Assembly: GCA_963845755.1 (NCBI GenBank)
Contig: CAWJTV010000031.1
Location: forward strand, 96,001-160,000
Direction of reading: 5' to 3'
From: an uncultured Planctomycetota bacterium
GTDB lineage: Bacteria > Planctomycetota > Planctomycetia > Isosphaerales > Isosphaeraceae
Length of the DNA: 64,000 nt
Part shown: piece by piece, positions 1 through 10,789 of the stretch
Layout of the letters: the number at the start of each line of letters is the position of its first letter
Position numbering within the stretch: position 1 is the stretch's first letter
Translations under genes and position numbers: made by a program
The notes under the pieces: generated by a model
Database searches by the model: none
What the model saw: only the letters and a program-made list of their open reading frames with translations
Told to the model about the DNA's origin: nothing

Positions 1-298
1 TCGCACCCTCCTGGTGGACGATGAGAGTGTCGGCGCCGGCTTCGGCGAATGCCTCGAGGAACCGCTCCGGCTTTTCAATCATCAAGTGCACTTCAAGGGG
101 AATCGGCGAGACCGGTCGGAGCCACCGCACTACCACGGGCCCGAAGGTGATATTCGGCACGAAGTGCCCGTCCATCACGTCGACATGGATCCGATCCGCG
201 CCGGCTGCCACCACCTGGGTTACTGCCTCGGCCAGATATGCCGCGTCCGCCGCCAGGATCGACGGAGCCAGCTTGATCGCCTCGGGCTGCTTGTTCAT
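1..298 (-). CDS. rpe: Ribulose-phosphate 3-epimerase, N-terminal part (runs off window start)
   Basis: Manual minus-strand translation from ATG at 298: [22 protein letters not shown]...[19 protein letters not shown]...LEVHLMI, the Rpe signature. Not in the ORF track because it is truncated. Confidence 0.93.
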   Translation of the reverse strand, partial: MNKQPEAIKLAPSILAADAAYLAEAVTQVVAAGADRIHVDVMDGHFVPNITFGPVVVRWLRPVSPIPLEVHLMIEKPERFLEAFAEAGADTLIVHQEGA

Positions 299-457
299 GG
301 ATGGAAAAACTCCGGTGGTTGTACACACAGCCTGTGAAAGAATCGGATTCGAGATCCAGAATTCATGATTCAAGCAGATCAAGTCTCTGATCCATTGGCC
401 TTAACACCCATTCGAACTCCGGAATTTGTAAATGGGAATCGATCCTGTCACGCCCTG

Positions 458-1787
458 TCACCCGATCTGGGCGACGAGCAGGGTGCGGTCGTCCTCGGGA
501 GGACGGCCGCCGGTGAACTGGTCGACGGCCTCGATGATGGCCCGGACGATCCCCGGCGCGTCGAGGTCGCATCGACCCAGGATCGCGTCGAGCCGTTCGA
601 CGCCGAACTGAATGTCGCGGTCGTTCATGGCTTCGGTGATGCCATCCGTGTAGAAGGCCAGCGTGTCGTCGGGCTGAAGAGTGAGGGTTGCTTGATCGTA
701 CTCGAGGTTGTCAACCAGGCCCAGGGGTGGCCCGCCGATCTCGTCGAGAGCATGGACGAAGTCCTCGCCGCATCGTTTCAGCCGAGGTGGGTTGTGGCCG
801 GCGCATGCGTAGGTGATCGCGCGTCGCGATGCGTCGAAAACCCCGTAGAACGCCGTGACGAAACCCTCGTTGCTAGCGTTGTAACGTCGGCAAAGATGCC
901 GGTTGACGTGCCCCAGCAGCACCGCCGGTGGCTCGGGATTGCCTGGTAGGCCGTGGGCCAGGCTGTGCGTGATCGCCATCATCACGGCCGCTGGTGTGCC
1001 ATGGCCACTGACGTCCGCGATCAGGATGCCCCAGCGATCATCGGGAAGCGGGAAGAAGTCGTAATAATCACCCCCCGCCCACTGCGATGTCTGATAGTGA
1101 GCACCCAGCTCCAGCCCGGGAATCGCCGGGAGCACCTGGGGCAGGAGAGATCGCTGGATGTCGGCCACCACCTTAAGCTCTCGCTCGACGATCTCATAGG
1201 CGCGCTTTAATTCCTCGCGCAGGCGGAGGTTGTACGTGAGCCGGCCGAATAAGCTGCTTACCCAAAGCCATTCCGGGAACTTCTCGGGATCGAATGCCGC
1301 GGGCTCTGCCTCCAGGAGGATGACCATGTTTCAGCGCCGTTCCGTGATCGTAATGCGGTATCGCCATTAGCGAGCGGAAGCCTTCCAGGTACTTGATCGC
1401 CGGGTCGTTCTCGGCCAGCAGCGGCGCGATGTCGTCAACGAGCCGGGGCTCGTTGGCGTAGATCAACTCGCTCAGCAGCCCCCCCTCCAGCAGCGGCAGC
1501 CGCGCCTTGTCCTTCCAGGGATCGATTTCCTCAGTCCAGGTGCTCGATCGCGTGATCCGGTACTTCGGGGCGTCGAGCCCCCGACGGCTCAACGAGATCC
1601 ATCGGCCCGCCGGCATCAACTTGCGCACCCGGCTGCCGTAGGACCGCACCATCGTCTGCGGGTCTTCCTCCAGGCTCATGTCGCGCATCATTTGATCGAT
1701 GAAGGCCAGTCGCTCCTGCCAGTCCCCTTCCAAGAAGCCTAGACTGCCATGCCCTGGCTTCGGCGCTGCTGTGAGGGAGCAGCTCAT
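458..1787 (-). CDS. PP2C/SpoIIE-type Ser/Thr phosphatase with N-terminal GAF-like domain (one frameshift near 1330)
   Basis: ORF 458-1327 has IQRSLLP, AGGDYYDF, IADVSGHG, AGHNPP, YTDGITEA and DDRT. ORF 1194-1886 supplies the GAF-like N-terminus. Start is approximate (1787 or 1814). Confidence 0.85.
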
Positions 1788-2113
1788 TCGTTCTGCGGAA
1801 ATGAGTGAACTCATGATCCCAATCGCCCTTGTCTGCACTTCAAACGGTAACCACTGGGGTATTCTACCCGAGGCGTCGAGACCCAAGTCGAGTCTTTCAC
1901 GACGTCAGTCCAATTGGTGCCTACGAGCTGGCACGAGATTCGTTATCGAGAGGTAGGTCGAAAACGTCTCGCCATTCTTCGATTCAGTCCATTGATACAA
2001 GTTGTTTTCTCACAAGATATTAGGCGAAGGAATACCCGCACGGCCGTGGAGTGTTCGTCGTCTACTGGCATCGCTCGTACGTGATCGTGCCTTCAGAAAA
2101 AGCAGGCCTGCTA

Positions 2114-3493
2114 ATGAAACGCGCAACGCCGATTCCCTTTATTCTACTGGTCATCCTGGCATTTACAGCCTTGTTCGCTCCAAGTTCGAAGAACACGATT
2201 CCGGCGGGGGGACCGATCAATCCGGGCGACGTCGCCTGGATGTTGACGGCTTCGGCGCTGGTTCTGCTCATGACACCTGGCTTGTCTTTCTTCTACGGGG
2301 GAATGGTCAGTCTGAAGAATGTGGTTTCGACGATGCTCCAGAGCGTCGTGGCTCTGGGTGTGATCAGCCTGGTATGGTTGGCAGTGGGATTCAGTTTGGC
2401 GTTCGGGGACAGCCTGGGTGGTTTCGTAGGCAATCCCCTGACGTTCCTGATGTTCGACGGCGTGGGAGAAGTGACCCACCCCACGCTGTCGCAGACGATT
2501 CCCCTGGTCCTGTTCGCGTTCTTCCAGCTCAAGTTCGCCATTATCACGCCAGCGTTGATCACAGGCTCGTTCGCGGAACGGGTTCGGTTCTCGTCCTACT
2601 TGCTGTTCATCGTGTTGTTCAGCCTATTCATCTACGCGCCGCTGGCACATTGGACCTGGCATCCCGACGGCTTCCTGCGAAAGTGGGGGGTGCTCGATTT
2701 CGCGGGGGGGACGGTGGTGCACATGTCGGCGGGCTGGGCGGCGCTCGCCGGGGCGCTGATGCTGGGTCGACGGAAAAGCCATCTTTCCAACGAAACGTCC
2801 TCGCCGGCCAACGTCCCGTTCGTGTTGCTGGGCACGGGTATGCTCTGGTTCGGCTGGTTCGGTTTCAACGCCGGCTCGGCGCTCGGCGCCAACGGTTCGG
2901 CGGCGATGGCCTTCGCGACCACGAACACGGCCTCGGCAGCGGCGATGCTCGGCTGGATGTTCTTCGACTGGATGCGCGGGCGAAAACCCTCGGCGCTCGG
3001 CGCCTGTATTGGAGCGGTGGTCGGCCTTGTGGCCATCACGCCGGCAGCTGGTTACGTCACCCTCCGTGAGAGTATCTTTATCGGCGTGTGCGCCAGCGTC
3101 GTCAGCAACCTGGCCGCCCACTGGAAAAGCAGATCGACTCTCGACGACACTCTCGACGTTTTTCCCTGTCACGGTGTCGGCGGTATGGTCGGCATGCTCA
3201 TGACCGGGATCTTCGCAAAGGACGTCGGATTAACTAGCGGCCAGACGGCCACATTCCTCGCCCACCTGGGGGCCCTGTTGATCGTGTCCGCCTACAGTTT
3301 CATCGGCTCCTGGATCCTCTACAAGGCGACCGACATGATCATCCCCATGCGTGTACCCGAAGAGCAGGAGATCGAGGGACTTGACCTCAGCCAGCACGGC
3401 GAGACCGCGATCGCCCCCGAGCTGCTCCTGGCCCCATCGACCAACGGCAACGGCGTCCATGCGCCCCTGTCCAAGGAGTTGGTCATGAGCTGA
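2114..3493 (+). CDS. amtB: Ammonium transporter (Amt family)
   Basis: Multiple TM segments with LMTPGLSFFYGG, DFAGGTVVH, LWFGWFGFNAGS, DDTLDVFPCHG and EIEGLDLSQHGE. Confidence 0.95.
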   Translation: MKRATPIPFILLVILAFTALFAPSSKNTIPAGGPINPGDVAWMLTASALVLLMTPGLSFFYGGMVSLKNVVSTMLQSVVALGVISLVWLAVGFSLAFGDSLGGFVGNPLTFLMFDGVGEVTHPTLSQTIPLVLFAFFQLKFAIITPALITGSFAERVRFSSYLLFIVLFSLFIYAPLAHWTWHPDGFLRKWGVLDFAGGTVVHMSAGWAALAGALMLGRRKSHLSNETSSPANVPFVLLGTGMLWFGWFGFNAGSALGANGSAAMAFATTNTASAAAMLGWMFFDWMRGRKPSALGACIGAVVGLVAITPAAGYVTLRESIFIGVCASVVSNLAAHWKSRSTLDDTLDVFPCHGVGGMVGMLMTGIFAKDVGLTSGQTATFLAHLGALLIVSAYSFIGSWILYKATDMIIPMRVPEEQEIEGLDLSQHGETAIAPELLLAPSTNGNGVHAPLSKELVMS

Positions 3494-3610
3494 CGCCCTC
3501 GTCGATCGGCTCCCGATCGCGAGCAGCGATTGCAGCGGGCTTCGCGCCTTGCCACAATCGGACCGTGGAGTGGACTTGCCACAGACTCGCGCACCCGGAG
3601 CTTCCTGACC

Positions 3611-5389
3611 ATGCGACGCTCGTGCACGCTCAGGACCGCGATCGCCGCCCTTCTCATCGCCAACTCGGGAATCGTCGCGCGAGCCCATGTCCCGCCGACC
3701 CCGATCCGGCTGGTCGATGTCCAGGGCCAGCCGGTCGCCGGGGCGATCGTGGGGACCGATTTCCTCGAGTTTGGCGGTCGAACTTTGCCCTTCCCGACCT
3801 GGACAGGGACCGAATCCCGGACGACTGACGAGCGGGGCGAGACGTCGTTGACGATGAGGGGTGAGACTGGCGTCTACGCGATCCGAGAGGACAAGGATCG
3901 ACCGCTGGTCGGCGCGATCCGCGTCACGCGTGCCGAGCTCGGCAGGCCCGCGAGGATCGTGATGCATCCGGCCTGTCGGGTTCGCCTGCGGGTCGAATGC
4001 CCTGGCTTCCGGGAGCTGGAGGAGAAGTATCATGCCGAGTTGAGGGATCCGAACTGGAGATCCGAAGCGACCGTTTTGCTCGGCGAGGGTGGCAAGTTGA
4101 CGCACTTACTCTCGATCAGCTCGGCGACCAACGAGCTGGAGGTCCTCTTACCACCTGGCCGGTATACGATCCAGGCCAGGGCAGATGACACCCAGCCGGA
4201 ATCGCGAGCGATCGAGGTCCGGTCGGGACATCGATTGCGGAGCCTGGGAATCCTCGAGCTGAGCCTCACACCTACCGTGAAGGCCGGGATCTTCCGAGAT
4301 TGCTGGCGCGTGTTCCGCTCGGATCCCCGGTCCTCGCTGGATGGAGGCAGGTCCGACGTAAATAGCCGCGCATGGTACCGCCGTTCCGAGTGGGGCCCCA
4401 CGCCAAATGGCGATGCATCCTTTATCAAGGATCTGGCCTTCTCGCCCGACGGCAAAGTGCTGGCGACGACGCACACCTATAACGAAGGTTCCGGCGTGGT
4501 CAAACTCTGGGACGTCCGGACGGGCACGCTGGCCGCGACCCTGACCGGCCCGGATGGCGAGAATGCCGTCCATGAGTTGGCCTTCGCACCCAATGGTGCA
4601 ATCCTTGCCGGATCGGTCGCATCGAAGCATAACTTTGAGCTGTCGTCGTCGGTCATGCTCTGGGATACCGCGGGGCGTCAGGTGAAACGGACGCTCCGCG
4701 GCCACACAATGGCGATCACTGCGCTGGCATTCTCGCCGGACGGCCACGCGCTGGCAACCGCCAGTGGGGATGCGACGGTCCGGTTCTGGGACGTGGCGAG
4801 TGGTCGTGAGATCGGCCGGTCCGAGTTCAAACTTGAACACGATGGGCCTCGGCGAATCGCTTATGCACCCGATGGCCGGACACTGGCAGTCTCCCACGAC
4901 GATTCGTTGACACTCTGGGAGATCCCGGGCTACCAGCGTCGCTCGACGCTCGAACCCGGTCGTTTCTATATTCAGTCATTGGCTTTCGCGCCCGATGGCC
5001 GGACGCTCGCCGCTTCTGGTTCGATGATCGGTCGCGACGGCGAAGTCCTGGACGGTCAGGTGCGGCTATACGACATGACCTCCAGACCCCCTCTCCGCCG
5101 CGCCACGCTGACTCTCGACCCGGCGGCGCCCGCCAGAATGAATGTTGGCGCGGATTACTTCGGTGACGTCGTCTTCACGCCCGACGGCCGCCGGATCATC
5201 TCGGTCGCCGGGTCAACAATCGGGATCTGGGACGCGTCAACCGGGGTCGAGTTCGCCTCGCTCGTGGTCAGCACGGGCAACGCGGGCCATCAACTCGCAG
5301 TCTCACCCGACGGCCGATGGCTGGCCATCACAGACCATCATCGGCCTTATGTCCGCCTAATCGGGATCCCCCAGCCTCCATCGCCTTGA
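3611..5389 (+). CDS. Exported WD40-repeat protein with N-terminal beta-sandwich (carboxypeptidase-regulatory-like) region
   Basis: Signal-like N-terminus. Repeated LAFSPDG/LAFAPDG motifs, GHTMAITALAFSPDG...VRFWD. Confidence 0.8.
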   Translation: MRRSCTLRTAIAALLIANSGIVARAHVPPTPIRLVDVQGQPVAGAIVGTDFLEFGGRTLPFPTWTGTESRTTDERGETSLTMRGETGVYAIREDKDRPLVGAIRVTRAELGRPARIVMHPACRVRLRVECPGFRELEEKYHAELRDPNWRSEATVLLGEGGKLTHLLSISSATNELEVLLPPGRYTIQARADDTQPESRAIEVRSGHRLRSLGILELSLTPTVKAGIFRDCWRVFRSDPRSSLDGGRSDVNSRAWYRRSEWGPTPNGDASFIKDLAFSPDGKVLATTHTYNEGSGVVKLWDVRTGTLAATLTGPDGENAVHELAFAPNGAILAGSVASKHNFELSSSVMLWDTAGRQVKRTLRGHTMAITALAFSPDGHALATASGDATVRFWDVASGREIGRSEFKLEHDGPRRIAYAPDGRTLAVSHDDSLTLWEIPGYQRRSTLEPGRFYIQSLAFAPDGRTLAASGSMIGRDGEVLDGQVRLYDMTSRPPLRRATLTLDPAAPARMNVGADYFGDVVFTPDGRRIISVAGSTIGIWDASTGVEFASLVVSTGNAGHQLAVSPDGRWLAITDHHRPYVRLIGIPQPPSP

Positions 5390-5405
5390 TTCGCTCGCGC
5401 GGTCC

Positions 5406-6392
5406 TCACGAGAACCCGAGGACCGGGTGTGGGACATACGGCTCCTCGAGCCCTGCCATCTCCTCGGGAGTGAGTTGGATCGAAAGGGCGGCCATGGCGT
5501 CCTCGAGGTGGTGCGGCTTGGTCGCGCCGATGATCGGCGCGGTGACGGCGGACTTGTGGAGCATCCAGGCCAGCGCGATCTCGGCGCGGGTCACGCCTCT
5601 TGCTGTGGCCACCTCGCCCACGCGGTCCACGACGATCCGGTCGGACTCTTCGGTCCGGGCGTAAAGGGTCTTGCCAAACTCGTCCGTCCCGGCCCGCTCC
5701 GTGCTGCTTCGCTGGTCCCACGGCCGGGCCAGCCGGCCGCGCGCGAGCGGGCTCCAGGGAATAACGCCGATCCCCTCGGCCGCGCAGAGAACAAGCATCT
5801 CCCGCTCTTCCTCGCGATAGAGCAAATTGTAGTGGTTCTGCATCGAGACGAACCGCGACCAGCCATGGAGGTCGGCCAGGTGGAGGGCCTTACAAAACTG
5901 CCAGGCGAACATCGACGAGGCGCCGAGATACCGGGCCTTGCCGGCCTTCACGATGTCGTGAAGCGCCTCAAGCGTCTCCTCGATCGGCGTCTGGTAGTCC
6001 CAGCGGTGGATCTGGTAGAGGTCGACGTACTCGGTGCCAAGCCGTCGCAGACTCGCGTCGATTTCGGTCAGGATTGCCTTGCGCGAAAGGCCGCGACCGT
6101 TCGGGTCTTTCCGCGTCGGATAGAACACCTTGGTCGCGATCACGACCTCGTCCCGCCGGGTGAGATCGCGAATCGCCCGACCAAGGATCTCCTCGCTCGT
6201 ACCGTCGGAATACGAGTTGGAGGTGTCGAAGAAGTTGATACCGAGCTCCAGGGCACGGGCGAGGAAGGGCCGCGCCTGCGCTTCATCGAGCGTCCATAGG
6301 TCGGCGCCCCGCTCCGGTACCCCATAGCTCATGCATCCCAGGCAAAGACGAGAGATCTTCAGACCGGTCCTTCCCAGATTCACGTAATCCAT
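5406..6392 (-). CDS. Aldo/keto reductase
   Basis: LGRTGLKISRLCLGCMSYG, GINFFDTSNSY, YVDLYQIHRWD, IPWSPLARG and PIIGATK. Confidence 0.93.
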   Translation of the reverse strand: MDYVNLGRTGLKISRLCLGCMSYGVPERGADLWTLDEAQARPFLARALELGINFFDTSNSYSDGTSEEILGRAIRDLTRRDEVVIATKVFYPTRKDPNGRGLSRKAILTEIDASLRRLGTEYVDLYQIHRWDYQTPIEETLEALHDIVKAGKARYLGASSMFAWQFCKALHLADLHGWSRFVSMQNHYNLLYREEEREMLVLCAAEGIGVIPWSPLARGRLARPWDQRSSTERAGTDEFGKTLYARTEESDRIVVDRVGEVATARGVTRAEIALAWMLHKSAVTAPIIGATKPHHLEDAMAALSIQLTPEEMAGLEEPYVPHPVLGFS

Positions 6393-6451
6393 GATGCTTC
6401 TCCCGTGCAACAAATAGATATTCTTAAATTATCAATTGTTGTGATACTCCG

Positions 6452-6805
6452 TCATCTCATCCGGTGATGCCCAGAAGGTTTCCCTCGGTGGGGCATCAGG
6501 GCGATCATCAGCACGCCGCAAGGTCCGAAGACGAGGCCCCAGCAGAAGCCCTCGAATCGCGATTTCCCTCGCCGCCGTGCCACCCAGGCCCCATAGCCGC
6601 CGAAACTCAAGAAGATCGCGAAGGGAGTAATGATGGCCTGGATCGGTTCGAACGTGGCCGTGGTCGTGCACGCCCGGAGCGAGGCGAACAGACACGCCGA
6701 GGATCCTACCAGGAGGATGATATCCGCCAAGGTGTAGATTCGGCGCGGCGGGTCGGGCGGCACGGCGCAAGGCTCCGTCTTGGCTCGGCCCGGGGGATTC
6801 ACCAC
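6452..6805 (-). CDS. Small membrane protein of unknown function
   Basis: 117-aa ORF with three hydrophobic stretches; RRIYTLADIILLV start and ARRRGKS..GFCWGLVFGP motif. Confidence 0.55.
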   Translation of the reverse strand: MVNPPGRAKTEPCAVPPDPPRRIYTLADIILLVGSSACLFASLRACTTTATFEPIQAIITPFAIFLSFGGYGAWVARRRGKSRFEGFCWGLVFGPCGVLMIALMPHRGKPSGHHRMR

Positions 6806-6964
6806 GAAATACGCGAAAGAAGCGGGGACAAACCGGGATTCAGGATGCGCCGACCCCTCACACGATGCGTTCCAAGGCTCGCCTTTCCTTTCCTCTTTCG
6901 TGTAATTCGCGATAAAATCTCTTAGTTTATTAGTTCTAAGATTCGTGGATGATGCAGAGGCCGA

Positions 6965-8293
6965 TCAGAGCCCTTCAACCTCCCAGCCCTTACGATAGTG
7001 GCGCCGGACGTATTGGTTGGCCTCGGAGACGTTCGTGACCTTCAGGGCCGCCGAGTCCCAATCCAGGGTGGTCTTGGGGAACCGGGTGGCAAGACAGCCC
7101 AGCAGGACCGATTCGGTGAGCGGGCCAGCGTAGTCGAACGGTGCCGAGGTCTTGCCGTTGCCGCGGCAGGCTTCGACGAACTGAAGGTAATGGTCATTCC
7201 CACCCGGATCTGGCAGCTTGGTACCCTTGAACTTCTCCGCAGGCAGGAGGATGGGGTTGTCGATGTAGGGGGCGTAGAGGATCCCTTCGGTACCGATGTA
7301 GATCGAACCCTGGTCCTGGAGGGATCGTCTGCCGATGAGCGACTGCACCTCGGCGGGCGGGCGGGCGTTGCCGTCGTACCAGTAAAGGGTGAAGGTGTCG
7401 GCCGTATACTTCGTGCCCGGGAAGACGTATCGCACCTTGGAGTCCAGTCCCCAATTGTGGGCGTTTGGGGCACCGCCCTCGGATCGCAGCGACTTTGGGG
7501 CGGTCAGCGCGAGCGCGGTGAATACGGGGTCGAGGATGTGGCAGCCCATGTCGCCGAAGGTCCCAGTGCCGAAGTCGAGGCGCTTTCGCCATTCGCCTGG
7601 GTGATAATAATGGGCGAGGAAAGGCCGATCCGCCGCCACGCCGAGCCAGGCGTCCCAGTTCAGGCCAGCCGGGATCGTGTCCTTCCGGTCCGGCCTGGGG
7701 TTCCGATCGCCCCAGTGCTTGCCGCTCCAGCTCAGAACCTCCATCACCTTGCCGATCAACCCGGCCTGGACCGTCGCGACAATTCGCCGGTGGACCGGGT
7801 GGGAGTGGATCTGAATCCCCATCTGGGTGACGAGCTTCTTCTCGCCTGCGACTCTGGCGACCTGCCTGGCTTCGTAGATCGTCTGGGTCATCGGCTTCTG
7901 ACAGTAGACATTGAGCCCGCGGTGCAGGGCGCTCATGGTGATCGGGGCGTGCATGTGGTCGGGTGTGGAAACATTGACCGAATTGAGGTTCTTCTCCTTA
8001 TCGAGCAGCTCGCGCCAGTCCTGATAGACCTTCACGCCCGGGAACTGGCTGGTGATCCGCGCCGTATGCCGCAAATCCACATCGGCCACGGCGACGAGCT
8101 TGATGTGGGGGCTGGCCGTGATCGAGCCGATGTCGGATCCGGCCATGCCCGAGGCGCCGAAACTGGCATGGTAGACGGTCTCGCTCGGCGCAGCCGTGGC
8201 GTGCGCCCTCATGATGAAGGGAAATGCGATACTGGTTGCGGCGACATTGCGAAGAGCGGCCCGGCGGGTCACTCGGGAGGTAGGCGATGACAT
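6965..8293 (-). CDS. Gfo/Idh/MocA family oxidoreductase with twin-arginine signal
   Basis: TRRAAL Tat motif; VSTPDHMHA, VYCQKPM, DMGCHILD and HYRKGW C-terminus. Confidence 0.9.
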   Translation of the reverse strand: MSSPTSRVTRRAALRNVAATSIAFPFIMRAHATAAPSETVYHASFGASGMAGSDIGSITASPHIKLVAVADVDLRHTARITSQFPGVKVYQDWRELLDKEKNLNSVNVSTPDHMHAPITMSALHRGLNVYCQKPMTQTIYEARQVARVAGEKKLVTQMGIQIHSHPVHRRIVATVQAGLIGKVMEVLSWSGKHWGDRNPRPDRKDTIPAGLNWDAWLGVAADRPFLAHYYHPGEWRKRLDFGTGTFGDMGCHILDPVFTALALTAPKSLRSEGGAPNAHNWGLDSKVRYVFPGTKYTADTFTLYWYDGNARPPAEVQSLIGRRSLQDQGSIYIGTEGILYAPYIDNPILLPAEKFKGTKLPDPGGNDHYLQFVEACRGNGKTSAPFDYAGPLTESVLLGCLATRFPKTTLDWDSAALKVTNVSEANQYVRRHYRKGWEVEGL

Positions 8294-9256
8294 TCGTGGA
8301 TCCTTTACGACCATGGTTCGCATGGTGGTGTGGAAGAAGGAGCGTCGTGCTATCAGATTATGACAGGGACGCGCCATCCACAACGACTGTCCGCTCATCG
8401 AGGTAGGGTTTTCTCGAGAGTTGTCAATGATCACCGCCCGCAATACGGGGCAGGAACCTGATCCACTCCGGAAACCCGCTCAGCCCATGAGCAACGATCG
8501 GCGAGGGCTTGAACTCGAAGCGTCTACGACTCCGAGGAGAGTATCGTCCGTCGCGAACCGTCACGCTGGTTGGCACAAAAAGGCATCTTTTTGGCAGGTC
8601 GCCATCGCCGATCTCCATGGCCGGAAGGGAGTTAGTGGCGATCTCCCGAAGGAGTGGGACGGATCCGGTCGTCGCAGCCCGTTCCCGAGGAGGACCTGAC
8701 CGGTCCGATCGGTTTCCGCACGCATGGCCTGTCGGTGGCTCCGACTCTCTGGTAGAATTGGTCACTTACATCGTCTAATATTAGTATGCCGCAACTTTGA
8801 GATTTCGTTAATGCACCTAGCGCGAAATCTGGACCACGGACCGCCCGAAGTCTCGACTGGGACTGCGGATGCGAAATCCCAAAAAAATTTCCGACCGGGT
8901 GATTAGTCCGTCTTCATCCGGGCCTTTCGGCTGCCGCCAGTTGTCCACGTACATGGTCGATCTTGTCGGTCGGCCGCTCTCTCACGAGTCCGAAGGATGA
9001 AGGCATCAAGCGACGGCCAGATGTCGCGGGCGCGATCGACCTGGCGTCGGCGCAGCGGACCGCCCGCGCACCGCCGGGTCGGCTCCGGATCCGTCGGGAC
9101 CGACTTGATCTCATCCCAGCCGCCCGGGACGGCAGGAACCCAGGCAAGGCTGTCGAAGAGGGGCCTTGTGGCGTCCGGAGCGGAACGGCTAAACGAGCGA
9201 GTAAGGAGGATGATCCAACGTCGCCGCCGCGGCGCACCAGTCTGCTCGTCCCCGGA

Positions 9257-9937
9257 TTACCCCGGCTCGATGCTTCTTACTCACCTGGAGATCGTGAAGG
9301 TCGTGGATCCTCCGAGTGGGCTGCCCGAAACGCCGCCCAAGAGCGTAATCTGTCCCCCGGTCGCGTCTCTCGGGGCTCCCCAACACAATCGTCACGGCGT
9401 CGCCCGACGCGCTGAACGTGACGGTAATGTTTTGATCGTGTGCGGGACATACTCCACCTTCTTCCTGACCTTCTTGGTAATGTCGGTATCCATCTGATAG
9501 TTTTGGAATTCGCCGCCGCCGATGGATCGAGCGCCCTGCTGAAGTTGAAGATGAAGCCGGACAGCAGGGGCTTGCCGACGGACTTTTTCTTCTTGTTGGT
9601 CTTGCCCCGCAAGACGGGCTGCTGACTGACGACCACCGTAGACGTGGGCGTCGGAGTCGGAGTTGGGGTGGGCGGCGTGTGGGCGGGTAGACCGCGATAC
9701 GTCGGCTCCGATGTTCGACCCATCCTTCCCGGCGCCAATGGCGGGGCTGCCGGGCAGCGGGGTAACAGTCTCGGTGGGACCGCCGTTATCGGCTAGCGGT
9801 CCAAGTTTGGCGTCGATGACCTTGCCCGCCTTGGCTGAGCCGATCATATCGACCTGGACGCCGTTCTTGATTCCGGTGAGTGAGTCGCCATCGCCGATCA
9901 GATTGTAGCTGCTCTTCGGATCGACCGAACCGCTCAC
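9257..9937 (-). pseudogene. C-terminal remnant of a large surface protein (choice-of-anchor-Q-like segment, PT linker, Lys-rich C-terminal domain)
   Basis: SYNLIGDG...LGPLADNGGPTET..PLPGSPAIGAG, then PTPTPTPT and RGKTNKKKKSVGKPLLSGF in alternating frames. In-frame stop near 9281; no N-terminal body. Confidence 0.7.
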
Positions 9938-10079
9938 ATCGCCCGGCTGTTGTCATGGGCTCTGACAAAGGGACGCGCCGAGTGCAATCATCCTCGGATT
10001 CGATTACGCTGGACTCATGGGACAAACGATTCCGATTCTTTGGTCATCCTGTCCCCAACCCGGTCGGAATCGCAGTTGA

Positions 10080-10760
10080 GTGGGTATGGTGACTTCGATG
10101 GCCGAACCATCCAGACCGAATTCCGGCTCAAGCGAGGCGGAGACGCAGAGCCTGATCGACCGCGCTGTCCAGGGGGACCAGGCCGCATGGGGCGAGTTGC
10201 TGGCCCGGCATCGCGATCGACTGCGGCGCATGGTCGCGCTCCGCCTCGACCGTCGGCTCCAGGGGCGGATCGATGCGTCCGACATCATCCAGGAGGCGAT
10301 GCTCGAGGCCAGCCACCGGTTGGCGGATTATCGGCAGAACCCGGCGATGCCCTTCTTTCTCTGGCTGAGGTACCTGACCGGTCAGCGGTTGCTGGAGCAG
10401 CATCGCCGCCACCTGGGGGCTCAGGGCCGCGATGCGGGGCGAGAGATCTCGCTGTATCGCGGCGCCATGCCCGAGACGTCCACCGCCGCGCTGGCGGCCC
10501 AGCTCCTGGGCCGGCATACCTCGCCCAGCCAGGCGGCGCAGCGGGCGGAACGGAAGATCCGGCTGCAAGAAGCACTCAATAGTCTGGATTCGGTTGACCG
10601 CGAGATCCTCGCGCTACGTCACTTCGAACATCTTTCTAACGGTGAGGCCGCGCAGGTGCTGGGGCTCGACAAGTCGGCCGCCAGCAAGCGCTACGCCCGG
10701 GCCCTCATCCGGCTCAAGGACATCCTGGCGAACATGCCCGGAGGACTTGGGGAACTCTGA
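10080..10760 (+). CDS. ECF sigma-70 factor, kinase-associated planctomycete type
   Basis: Sigma2 (RIDASDIIQE, FFLWLRYL) and sigma4 (DREILALRHFEHLSNGEAAQVLG...ARALIRL) with TSPSQAA linker; kinase gene starts 30 bp downstream. Confidence 0.92.
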   Translation: MGMVTSMAEPSRPNSGSSEAETQSLIDRAVQGDQAAWGELLARHRDRLRRMVALRLDRRLQGRIDASDIIQEAMLEASHRLADYRQNPAMPFFLWLRYLTGQRLLEQHRRHLGAQGRDAGREISLYRGAMPETSTAALAAQLLGRHTSPSQAAQRAERKIRLQEALNSLDSVDREILALRHFEHLSNGEAAQVLGLDKSAASKRYARALIRLKDILANMPGGLGEL

Positions 10761-10789
10761 TCGACCCGAACATTGAGGGAGCATCGACC

